NCBI GenBank assembly: GCA_963744145.1
Contig: CAVUSO010000001.1
Span: 992,001-1,056,000, forward strand
Source of the DNA: an uncultured cyanobacterium
Lineage (GTDB): Bacteria > Cyanobacteriota > Cyanobacteriia > Cyanobacteriales > CAWUOF01
Length of the DNA stretch: 64,000 nt
Direction of reading: 5' to 3'
Below the pieces are notes generated by a model, which ran no database searches, was not told the origin of the DNA, and was given only the letters and a program-made list of their open reading frames with translations. The translations under genes and the position numbers were made by a program. Each line of letters starts with the position of its first letter. The stretch's first letter is position 1. Below, piece by piece: positions 40,852 to 52,446 of the stretch.

Positions 40852-41466
40852 TTAAACCGTCTTTTCTAACAAAATCCAAGTTGTGTTATCCCAAGCTGGA
40901 CTCATCCGCTGCCACAGAAAGCCATAATCGATTACTATCACTTTGTCTCTGTGCTGTTCCATCAACTCACCAGCAAAGTCACGCTTAAAAAGCTTGTCGG
41001 TATATCCTCGATAATTAATCTCGACCGGAACAGGATTGTAATATTCGTTGAGCAAGATGTACCGCGAGGAAATATCATATATTTTCTGATAAATTAGCGG
41101 CAAATCTTGAGGATTAATGTGAATTAAAACACCACAAGTAAAAACTAAATCAAATTTTTTTTCTGGGTTAAAGTCCTGAATAGATGATTGGACTGATTGC
41201 ACTCCTGGGATTGTCTCTAATTGAGCGATCGCTGTTGGATTTAATTCTACTCCTGTTAGTTGAAAATTAGAGCTGAGTTGGGCGATCGCCTGGAGATTAT
41301 GACCTCGGTTTGCTCCTAACTCACAAATTGTCTTAACTCCATAAGTTTTGGCTAAAACCTGGGCGAAAAATGGTTGACGTTGCTCAGGTAAAATCTGATT
41401 TCGGCTTGTATATTCCGTCCCAAAATTGCCTTGCCAAAACAATTCTTGCTCGGTTTTATTTCTCAT
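40852..41466 (-). CDS. pseudaminic-acid-associated methyltransferase
   Basis: TEQELFWQGNFGTEY, ELGANRG.NL, GVLIHINP and YRG..DKLFKRDFAG motifs. Confidence 0.85.
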   Translation of the reverse strand: MRNKTEQELFWQGNFGTEYTSRNQILPEQRQPFFAQVLAKTYGVKTICELGANRGHNLQAIAQLSSNFQLTGVELNPTAIAQLETIPGVQSVQSSIQDFNPEKKFDLVFTCGVLIHINPQDLPLIYQKIYDISSRYILLNEYYNPVPVEINYRGYTDKLFKRDFAGELMEQHRDKVIVIDYGFLWQRMSPAWDNTTWILLEKTV

Positions 41467-41482
41467 GTCTGGTTCCCAACTA

Positions 41483-42226
41483 TTAACCTAATTTTTTCTG
41501 TTGAACGTGAGCGTTAATTTTTACCAGCTCTGATTTTTCTTTGAGAAGTGTTAAAACTTCATCAGTTTTAAAAATCTCTCCATCTTTGGACAAAGCAGAG
41601 TAAATTTCTTGAATTAACTGCCAATCCTCTTCGGTATCTAGAGTCCAACGGTAATTGGAGATATTTTTTTGATTGGTATATTCTTGTAAAGTGAAAAAAT
41701 CAGGATGCTGATAGATGTAAGGAGTGACATGCTCTTTTTCGTAAGGCTGATGAGCTTCCTTAACAGCCCGTTCTAATGCTTTAAAAGTAAATACCTCAGC
41801 GTCTAACCCGATTGGGTAAGTCCGATTTAAAGTATTACTCAGGTAATCAATTTTTAGTCCTGCAACTGTAGTAGTTTTGAAATAATACAACATTTGCGAT
41901 AGAACTTCTGGATCAAAGAGAGGACAATCAGAGGTAATTCTGACAATAATCTCTGCCTGAAATTGTTGAGCTGCCAAATAATAGCGTTCTAACACATTTT
42001 CTTCACTACCGCGAAACCATTTTACTCCGCATTTCTCAGCCTCGATGACAATGAGATCATCTCCCAATGAGGTCGTGGTAGCAACAATAACTTCATCGAG
42101 CAACAAACAAGATTTAACTCGTGAGATTACATGAGCCAGAACGGTTTTGTCACCAAGAAGTTTCATTACCTTACCAGGTAAGCGAGTAGACCCCATCCGA
42201 GCTTGAATAATGGCAACTATCCTCAT
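41483..42226 (-). CDS. cytidylyltransferase (SpsF/PseF role)
   Basis: IIQARMGSTRLPGKV, RITSDCP, EHVTPYI and RWTLDT.ED motifs. Confidence 0.87.
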   Translation of the reverse strand: MRIVAIIQARMGSTRLPGKVMKLLGDKTVLAHVISRVKSCLLLDEVIVATTTSLGDDLIVIEAEKCGVKWFRGSEENVLERYYLAAQQFQAEIIVRITSDCPLFDPEVLSQMLYYFKTTTVAGLKIDYLSNTLNRTYPIGLDAEVFTFKALERAVKEAHQPYEKEHVTPYIYQHPDFFTLQEYTNQKNISNYRWTLDTEEDWQLIQEIYSALSKDGEIFKTDEVLTLLKEKSELVKINAHVQQKKLG

Positions 42227-42574
42227 AAATGTATCTATTATTCTGTCTCCATTACTTTAGTTTTTGTTCCCAGATATTTCTGATATTTTCCCAAGTTAAC
42301 GATGGTCATATTAATCGAAGTATCTAGAGAAATAACTAGGTTTAACAACTACAAATTCTTGGTTTTCTATGAATAGTTACAGGTCTAAATTTCAGAGATC
42401 CGGATTTTCAGGTAAAAGATCTTACTGATTTAGGATTTACGCAGACTTAACCTAATTCTGTCCTCGGTGTTAATGTAGCTTGATGAAGCGTTAGTGAAAT
42501 TATGCCCGGGATCTTAGCCAGATTTTGAATTTCGCGATCGCGCTAATATTTTTACCAATTGAGTATTTATTCAA

Positions 42575-44742
<2,168 letters not shown>

Positions 44743-45161
44743 TCATTGATACTTACTTCAGCTCTCAAAATTTTCAACCGGAAAATAGACTTGGTAAAAA
44801 ATGTCTATATCAATTAGAAAATCGGGTATATTGGGCAGAAGTTATATTTAATGATGCAGACTTTTGGGAATTGCTCAGGAAAAAATTACGGAATAATTGG
44901 ATGACCGCTCTGATTACGACAAATTTACATTAGAGTTGTGATGAAGCAACCCTTTGGAGCGTTTTCAAAGATTTGCTCTGTTGTTTTCACATCATCTTTG
45001 GGCCAAAAGCTATTGGCCCTAGGGCGTTGGTCGCGATCGCTATGACCAGAAATTAATAGCGGAGATTGGACACTACATTAACTAGCGATCGCAGAAATAA
45101 AGCAAACCTTTTTGTCTGATGAGGATGAGGTTGAACCTTTTCTCTGGATATATAAGCAATC

Positions 45162-46511
45162 TTAAAAAGGTAGATCGTCATATTCATTTTCTTGCGACTC
45201 AGTGGTAGCTGATGCTAATGGTTGGGTCGCGATCGCTGCTTGATTTTGCTCTGGTTCTCTTTTAGTGATTAAACTCCATCGGGTAGTTGCTTCGACTTGT
45301 GGTGCTATTTTCCCGATCGCATTTCCTAATTTTTCTTGAATTTCTTTAGTCAAAGTCACGGGAAATTTTAACTCTATTCTTTTGGATAGGGTTAATTCCG
45401 CTAATTGGGAAAACTTTACTTTTAAGCTGGGGGAATTAGCTAGTTTAAAATTAGGCGAATTTTCTAAATCTTGGACTTGCATTGCTTTTTTTACGCGCTC
45501 TTTTAAATAAGTAAATTCTGTGTCTAGTAATTTCCATTGAGACTCAATTTCTTGATAGCGTTCATTTAGCTGACTTAAGTCTTCAGGTATCAAAATATAG
45601 TGATTTTTTCGAGGTGATTTTTGCCGATTTTGCACAGTTAATCTCCAAGTTGGGATTTCAGCAATTTCTAAGCTCGGATCATTGATAAATCGTCCTAATT
45701 GTTTTTGAATGTCTTTAGTCAGAGTAATCCAAAAATCTAATTCTATCCCCTCTGTATAGGTTAACTGAGCAAGTTGGGAAAAATCTACTTTCAAACTGAC
45801 AGAACTAGATAAGTGAAAATGGTTGTATTTTTCTAGCTCTTGTGTTTGCATTATTTCTTTAATTTTTTCTTTTATCTGACTTATTTCTACATCTAGTGGT
45901 TGCCATTCAGATTCGATTTTTTGGTATTTTTCTGTTAATAATGTTAAATCTTCCGTGACTGGATCAAAGCTAATCTGCTCAGTTAATTTTCGTAAAAGCT
46001 GATCTACTTGAACTAGATATATTACATCCATTTTGGCATATTGTAGCTGTTTGTCGGTCAGCAGACGTTGCCCCCAATTTCCGGTCTGTTCACTTTTATC
46101 TACGGATAGATTACAAAGACTTTTGACTAATGTTTTTAGTTGATAATTAGGTACGGGCAGAAGGTAATAAGGAATATTCTTAGCCATTTCTAAGGTACAG
46201 GTGACATTTTTAGCTTGATCATCTCCTAAAAATTTTAGGTCATATTTAGCATTATGAAAAACTTTCTCAATCCGGGAATTGACCATAATCTGGCTAATAA
46301 AAAATTGGCTCAATTCTGGTTGATCTAAAACGTCAAAAATATAAACGCGATCGCCAGTTAAATCTCGGTAATCAGCCGTAACCTGAATTAAAGATAATTG
46401 GGGATTTTCAGTATTAAAGTCTGCTATTTCTGTATCTACCCACAGGGTTTTGGCAGAAGCAAGTTTAGCAATTTGTCCTCGAATCTGACTGGATACTGTT
46501 AAATAAGGCAT
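45162..46511 (-). CDS. RNase D-like DEDDy 3'-5' exonuclease with duplicated C-terminal module
   Basis: ExoI WVDTE, ExoII FHNAKYD and ExoIII YAKMD motifs; two ~110-aa repeats; ends YDDLPF. Confidence 0.87.
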   Translation of the reverse strand: MPYLTVSSQIRGQIAKLASAKTLWVDTEIADFNTENPQLSLIQVTADYRDLTGDRVYIFDVLDQPELSQFFISQIMVNSRIEKVFHNAKYDLKFLGDDQAKNVTCTLEMAKNIPYYLLPVPNYQLKTLVKSLCNLSVDKSEQTGNWGQRLLTDKQLQYAKMDVIYLVQVDQLLRKLTEQISFDPVTEDLTLLTEKYQKIESEWQPLDVEISQIKEKIKEIMQTQELEKYNHFHLSSSVSLKVDFSQLAQLTYTEGIELDFWITLTKDIQKQLGRFINDPSLEIAEIPTWRLTVQNRQKSPRKNHYILIPEDLSQLNERYQEIESQWKLLDTEFTYLKERVKKAMQVQDLENSPNFKLANSPSLKVKFSQLAELTLSKRIELKFPVTLTKEIQEKLGNAIGKIAPQVEATTRWSLITKREPEQNQAAIATQPLASATTESQENEYDDLPF

Positions 46512-46827
46512 GGGCAAAGTCTCTTAATTATTAGAAGAATAAGTGCATATTTTGATGCTATCTAAGATGATTTTAACATAAATTTTAAGTAAACTTAAGA
46601 AAAATGGACATTGATGCTGTCTGATGCTCACCTATTGTCATCCAGTTTAGCGATCGGATAAAATAGTTCTAATCGACAACGGGCTCAATAGGCTGAAGTT
46701 AAAACGGTAAGACTAGCAGAACGTTGACGATCGCTGGACTCCTGCTCAAGAACTGTCCAACCCTGGGAGAAAAATTAATGATCAGGATCAATATACTTCT
46801 AGTTTTCCATCGATAAATGGAGTAAAT

Positions 46828-47412
46828 ATGACATCAAAACAAGAGCTGCAAAATACTTTAAAAGAAAAGTATGGTATTAATAAAAACATCAGTCAAAGCC
46901 TAAGTCAAGAGGAGTGTGAAAGATTGTTATTTATTCTGAGTACAGAACCGAGTGCTATCAAAATCGTCGATTCCTTTGTCGATAAAAATTCGAGTTTAGG
47001 TAAAAATAATGCTCTCTTTGGTAAAATGCGTAATCAAGCTGAGAAAAAGTTAGAAACTTTAAAATCTGAATATTATGAATTAGAACAGACTATTCAAGGT
47101 ATAGAAACTGATAAACTAGCCCTTGAAGAGAAAAAGAAACAATTAGAACAAGAGCGATTTAAGCTTGAATCGGAAGTAAAGGGTTTAGCTACGGAAATCA
47201 CTACTTTAGAAACTAAAGTCAAAAAATTAAACTATGAAAATACTGAATTATTCGGAGCTAATCAACAGCTACAAAAAGACAACAAAGATTTAAAAAACTT
47301 AGTTGATCGGATCAGACTTCAATTGGCACAAAACACTAAACAACTTTTACAGTATGAGGATAGTGAAATTAGGAAAGCTTTAGTTAAGTTATTCAAATGG
47401 ACATTAGGTTGA
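46828..47412 (+). CDS. coiled-coil hypothetical protein
   Basis: GGAG RBS; long heptad E/K/L-rich stretch. Confidence 0.85.
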   Translation: MTSKQELQNTLKEKYGINKNISQSLSQEECERLLFILSTEPSAIKIVDSFVDKNSSLGKNNALFGKMRNQAEKKLETLKSEYYELEQTIQGIETDKLALEEKKKQLEQERFKLESEVKGLATEITTLETKVKKLNYENTELFGANQQLQKDNKDLKNLVDRIRLQLAQNTKQLLQYEDSEIRKALVKLFKWTLG

Positions 47413-47423
47413 GAAATTGAGAA

Positions 47424-47810
47424 ATGTCAAGCAAAAAAAAGCAACCAATCAAGTTTAAGGGTATGAGTTACCGTCAAGTTCAGCGATTTAACTCGAATAA
47501 TAAGAAGCATCTAGAACCGGAAGATAAAAAATGGCTAAAAGATAACTTTTATAAAAATATAGGATGGCAAAATGTGATTAATCTGTACCAGAAAATTGAG
47601 GAATTTTTAGATAAGTATAAATTTGCCGATTTTACTCTCGAAGAGTTATTTTTAGAAGCAGATAGAATTGGTAATAAATATCTTACTCAGGAGGAAATCG
47701 CACAATATAATCAACAACTGTCACAAATAGTTAGTGAAATTTCTGAAGAAATTGATCAACAATTTCCCGATACAGAAATCGAAATTATCGATTTTGGTAA
47801 ACAAAAGTAA
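47424..47810 (+). CDS. hypothetical protein (basic N-terminus, acidic C-terminus)
   Basis: ORF starts 11 nt after the previous stop. Confidence 0.8.
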   Translation: MSSKKKQPIKFKGMSYRQVQRFNSNNKKHLEPEDKKWLKDNFYKNIGWQNVINLYQKIEEFLDKYKFADFTLEELFLEADRIGNKYLTQEEIAQYNQQLSQIVSEISEEIDQQFPDTEIEIIDFGKQK

Positions 47811-47825
47811 AATTCAAGTTAATCA

Positions 47826-48296
47826 TTGGCAGAAATTATGGAAATTGAAAATAACCCTCTAGAAGAACTATTTATTCAAGCTGATCAAATTGGTAAAAAA
47901 CGTTATCATCGGCTAACTACAAAAGATTTTGAGAATTATCGAAAATTTGAATTTTGGCGATATATTAATGGTGATAGTGAATGTGGAACAACTCAAGCAA
48001 GTAAGGATTGGGTAAAGGATAATTCTGAGTGGTACTGTCCGATTTGTGGTGAAAAATATTCCCATAGGTTAGGTAAAACAATTGATCATAAATTACCCCG
48101 ATCTCAATATCCCTGGCTCTCTATGGATTTTAATAATTTATGGGTTATTTGCCAAATCTGCAATCAAGAAAAGTCTGATATGCACTGGTATGAATATGAA
48201 CATTATATGTTTACTAAGCATCCTGAATTATACTTAGATGTAAAAGCGATGCGTCCGATTCAATTGCTCAAGTCCCTCAAACAATCATCTAGCTAA
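47826..48296 (+). CDS. HNH endonuclease
   Basis: CPICG...TIDHKLPRS...NNLWVICQICNQEK; start may be ATG 47838. Confidence 0.88.
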   Translation: MAEIMEIENNPLEELFIQADQIGKKRYHRLTTKDFENYRKFEFWRYINGDSECGTTQASKDWVKDNSEWYCPICGEKYSHRLGKTIDHKLPRSQYPWLSMDFNNLWVICQICNQEKSDMHWYEYEHYMFTKHPELYLDVKAMRPIQLLKSLKQSSS

Positions 48297-48318
48297 TTGA
48301 TCGCGATCGCTCAGGATT

Positions 48319-48522
48319 CAATACGGTTCGTTTAAGGATATTTTGGGAGATATCGACGAATAAGGGTGAAGCATTCGGATCTAATATTACTCCCCTTCGA
48401 CTCCGCCCTTCGACCCCTTCGACTACGCTCAGGGCAAGGCTCAGGGTAAACTCAGGGTGAAGTTTGAGCTGATAAATTATCGCTAAACATGCTTCACCCC
48501 TACAATTAACCGAACCGTATTG
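48319..48522. mobile_element. MITE (204 bp) with 10-bp target duplication and nested short repeats
   Basis: TIRs CAATACGGTTCG.TTAA / TTAACCGAACCGTATTG; flanks GCTCAGGATT / GCTCAGAATT (9/10). Confidence 0.87.
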
Positions 48523-48559
48523 GCTCAGAATTAATCTTGATGTTGATTAAAATTAAGCC

Positions 48560-48598
48560 AAAAAAAAAACACCCCCCTGAAAGGAGAGTGCTTTTTAT
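48560..48598 (-). terminator. intrinsic terminator of psbA
   Basis: Imperfect hairpin followed on the minus strand by a long T tract, ~12 nt after the stop. Confidence 0.7.
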
Positions 48599-48609
48599 TA
48601 GCTAAGAAA

Positions 48610-49707
<1,098 letters not shown>

Positions 49708-49757
49708 TTATTTATTTTTCAAGGTACTCGGTAGCTTTGTTTTCTACCTTAATTACT

Positions 49758-49786
49758 ATATTAACTGATTTGTTTCGGTTTGTAAA
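49758..49786 (-). promoter_or_regulatory. psbA sigma70-type promoter
   Basis: Minus strand TTTACA-17 nt-TAATAT, ~65 nt upstream of ATG. Confidence 0.65.
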
Positions 49787-49912
49787 GCTTTTTCACAATT
49801 TCTTTATTTTTGTCTGATTCAAGGAGATTTGAACGGAGGAGCGATCGCGCTTAACTCTTACTATGCTTAGGTTTTGAGTTAAATCGCGATCGCCTTAACA
49901 TTTAACAATAGT

Positions 49913-50263
49913 TCAACCTGGAGGCCATTTCATTGGCCGTCCGCCTAAAATATGTAAATGTAAATGGTAGACAGTTTGTCCGGCATCTGGGCCATTATTA
50001 ATCACAATCCGATAACCATCCTTTAACCCAGCTTGTTCGGCAACTCGTTTAGCGGTTAAAAGCAAATGTCCCATCAGTGCATGATCTTTTGATTCAGCAT
50101 CAGCGAGTTTAGCAATGGGTTGTTTGGGAATGACCAGGATATGAACAGGAGCTTGAGGGTGAACATCTTTGAAAGCTAGGGCTAAATTATCTTCATAAAC
50201 AATATCCGCAGGAATCTCGCGACGGATAATTTTACTGAAGAGGGTGTCTGTAGTTTCACTCAT
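49913..50263 (-). CDS. HIT-family (HinT-like) nucleotide hydrolase
   Basis: FSKII..EIPA, PQAPVHILVIPK and GQTVYHLHLHILGGR histidine triad. Confidence 0.95.
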   Translation of the reverse strand: MSETTDTLFSKIIRREIPADIVYEDNLALAFKDVHPQAPVHILVIPKQPIAKLADAESKDHALMGHLLLTAKRVAEQAGLKDGYRIVINNGPDAGQTVYHLHLHILGGRPMKWPPG

Positions 50264-50306
50264 GTTAGGATTGGTAGTACTTATTTCTAGAGATCAATGC
50301 AAAATC

Positions 50307-52316
50307 TTATTCTGCAACGTTAAGGTTAACAATTAAACCATAAGTTGAGACATAATTTTCCAACTCTTTAATATCCACCGTACCATTATGATCAGAATCA
50401 AGAATCTTGAACAGATAATCAGTAATATACATTCTCATCTGTTCCGAACTGCGTTCTCCTGTGGTCATATCCTCAACCAGACCAAGTAGCTCCATAATCT
50501 CAGATTTATCCAGAGTTTTATTACCATCCTGATCCAATTGCTCAAACAGCTTTTTCACATCTTCGGTGGAAACTTTGGAAGAACGGAGTGTTTCCCTCAA
50601 TAGATTGTTATTAAATGAATTTAGCAGCAAGAGCTGTTCTAGGACAGGAATACAGAAAAACCCCACTGAAGCCCAATAAATTCCATACTGGAGAGCTGCG
50701 ATCGTGGAGTTGTCAAGATTAGCACTAGCTCCAGTAAATAAAGCAGCCCAAAGGAAAAAATTGGGATTAACTAGAAGTATATAAATATCTTGTGCTTCTG
50801 CTTTATTAACAAGATAAGGCTCAGAAAATTTAGCGGTTAATGCCGCCAATCCACGCATTAAAACGAAGGTAAGTATCCCAAAACCTAGCTGTTGCAGACA
50901 GTAGAAAGACTTAGTAGTATCAACCGGAACAGCAATATCAGAAATTAAAGTTACAGGAGCAAATTGAAAACCTGTTACTAATGCCATTAATCCTACTGAC
51001 AGGACTCCGATAAATTTCCATTCCTTACTATAGCGATTAGAATCAACCGGAGACTGGGAGCGCCACCATTGGGCCGCAGTTCCTGGTAGAGCTAACCCCA
51101 GGATCAGAATCACAAAGAAAAAGTTCAGATTGCCACTATTAATTGGTAACTGGGCTAGTGCAAAGGTCAATACTAAAGCGATCGGCGCAATGATTGACAA
51201 TAATCGTGATAAAACAGCCGCAGGATAAAGATTTCCACCCCAAAGGATGGATAAAATTGGCGAAGTTAGGGCTGGTGGCACCATCCAAAACATTAGCCAT
51301 AAGATGTTATCAAGATCGCTGGTATTTTGATATATCACTCCAGAAAATATTAGTAATAGACCGATCGCCCATCGGACTAGCATCCAAGCATAGACCACAT
51401 ACTGAACAGTTCGAGACAATTTCTGTTTGCTCGCCGCAAAGTCTATATCTAAATAGGTGTAAAATGTGGAGATGCCAAGACAGAGAACGATTATTCCTCC
51501 AAACAACATTCTCGGAATCCCATCTGTAATTCCAGTACCTATTTTTAGTAAACTGCCCACCAAGAAAGCAGTAGCATAAAGAAAAATCGCCCACATGGTG
51601 GCAAGATCGTTAATTTTTTTCCGTACTGCTGCAAAACCCTTTGATTCACTGTGTCGAAACTTGACTAATTCTTCTCGACTAAGAGCTTTACCATTAGGAA
51701 GTTTCAGAGGATGGTAAGCACTAGGAGGGAGATGACTTAAATAAATTGCTAAAGGTTCTAATACATATTGATGACATACCACTAGAACATTTTCGCCCCG
51801 CTTTAAGTGAGGGACTACTCGCTCTTGATAGAAATCCGCAGCACGTTTATATACTTGGCCGATTTTTTCCCCAGTGGGAGGTGCTTCGTTGTGAGAATGC
51901 AACATTTCCTCGAATCCTTCGTAACCAAGTGCTAGACGGAGAAGGTTTAGGTTACGACCGACAAAAATACCAAAAGAACGCTCACTAATTCGATGGTCAA
52001 TTTGCACAGGAATATCAGGAGAATTGAGTGCTTGACTGACTTCAAGGGCAATTTCACAGGTTTGTCTTGCCCTTCTCATGTGCGATACATATACAGCGTC
52101 AAACTTTATCCCTTTTTTCTGTAAGTCAAGTCCTGCACGACGTGCTTGTAGTTTACCAAAGGCTGTCAAGCCCACATCAATTATACCCGCAAAAATATTG
52201 CGTTCGTTGCTGGTACTTTCGCCATGACGAATAAAATATACTTGTCCTGGACAAGATTCTTGTTCTGCTACTTGGGCGTGATCTAAAGATAAATTGAGTG
52301 CTGCTATTTCTTCCAT
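50307..52316 (-). CDS. histidine phosphatase - membrane transporter-like - EF-hand fusion
   Basis: RHGES/ERSFG/VVCH motifs; ~10 TM segments; EF loops DQDGNKTLDKSE and DSDHNGTVDIKE. Confidence 0.85.
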   Translation of the reverse strand: MEEIAALNLSLDHAQVAEQESCPGQVYFIRHGESTSNERNIFAGIIDVGLTAFGKLQARRAGLDLQKKGIKFDAVYVSHMRRARQTCEIALEVSQALNSPDIPVQIDHRISERSFGIFVGRNLNLLRLALGYEGFEEMLHSHNEAPPTGEKIGQVYKRAADFYQERVVPHLKRGENVLVVCHQYVLEPLAIYLSHLPPSAYHPLKLPNGKALSREELVKFRHSESKGFAAVRKKINDLATMWAIFLYATAFLVGSLLKIGTGITDGIPRMLFGGIIVLCLGISTFYTYLDIDFAASKQKLSRTVQYVVYAWMLVRWAIGLLLIFSGVIYQNTSDLDNILWLMFWMVPPALTSPILSILWGGNLYPAAVLSRLLSIIAPIALVLTFALAQLPINSGNLNFFFVILILGLALPGTAAQWWRSQSPVDSNRYSKEWKFIGVLSVGLMALVTGFQFAPVTLISDIAVPVDTTKSFYCLQQLGFGILTFVLMRGLAALTAKFSEPYLVNKAEAQDIYILLVNPNFFLWAALFTGASANLDNSTIAALQYGIYWASVGFFCIPVLEQLLLLNSFNNNLLRETLRSSKVSTEDVKKLFEQLDQDGNKTLDKSEIMELLGLVEDMTTGERSSEQMRMYITDYLFKILDSDHNGTVDIKELENYVSTYGLIVNLNVAE

Positions 52317-52446
52317 GGTGTTATCTCTTAAGAAGGATCTTGAGATGATCTACCTTATTATTTAAAGCCGTTAAGAATCTTTCTTTATTAATAAGGTAAG
52401 CACTGAATTTAGCTGTTCTCAATTGGTAATAGCTTGAGTGGCATAA

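Noticed and set aside
42227-42574. 350-bp gap inside the pse cluster as a possible ncRNA or lost gene
   Set aside because: No convincing ORF, hairpin or repeat was recognised, so no call can be supported.
46828-48296. Assignment to Septu, retron or Zorya systems
   Set aside because: No ATPase Walker motifs, reverse transcriptase or MotA/B-like genes nearby.
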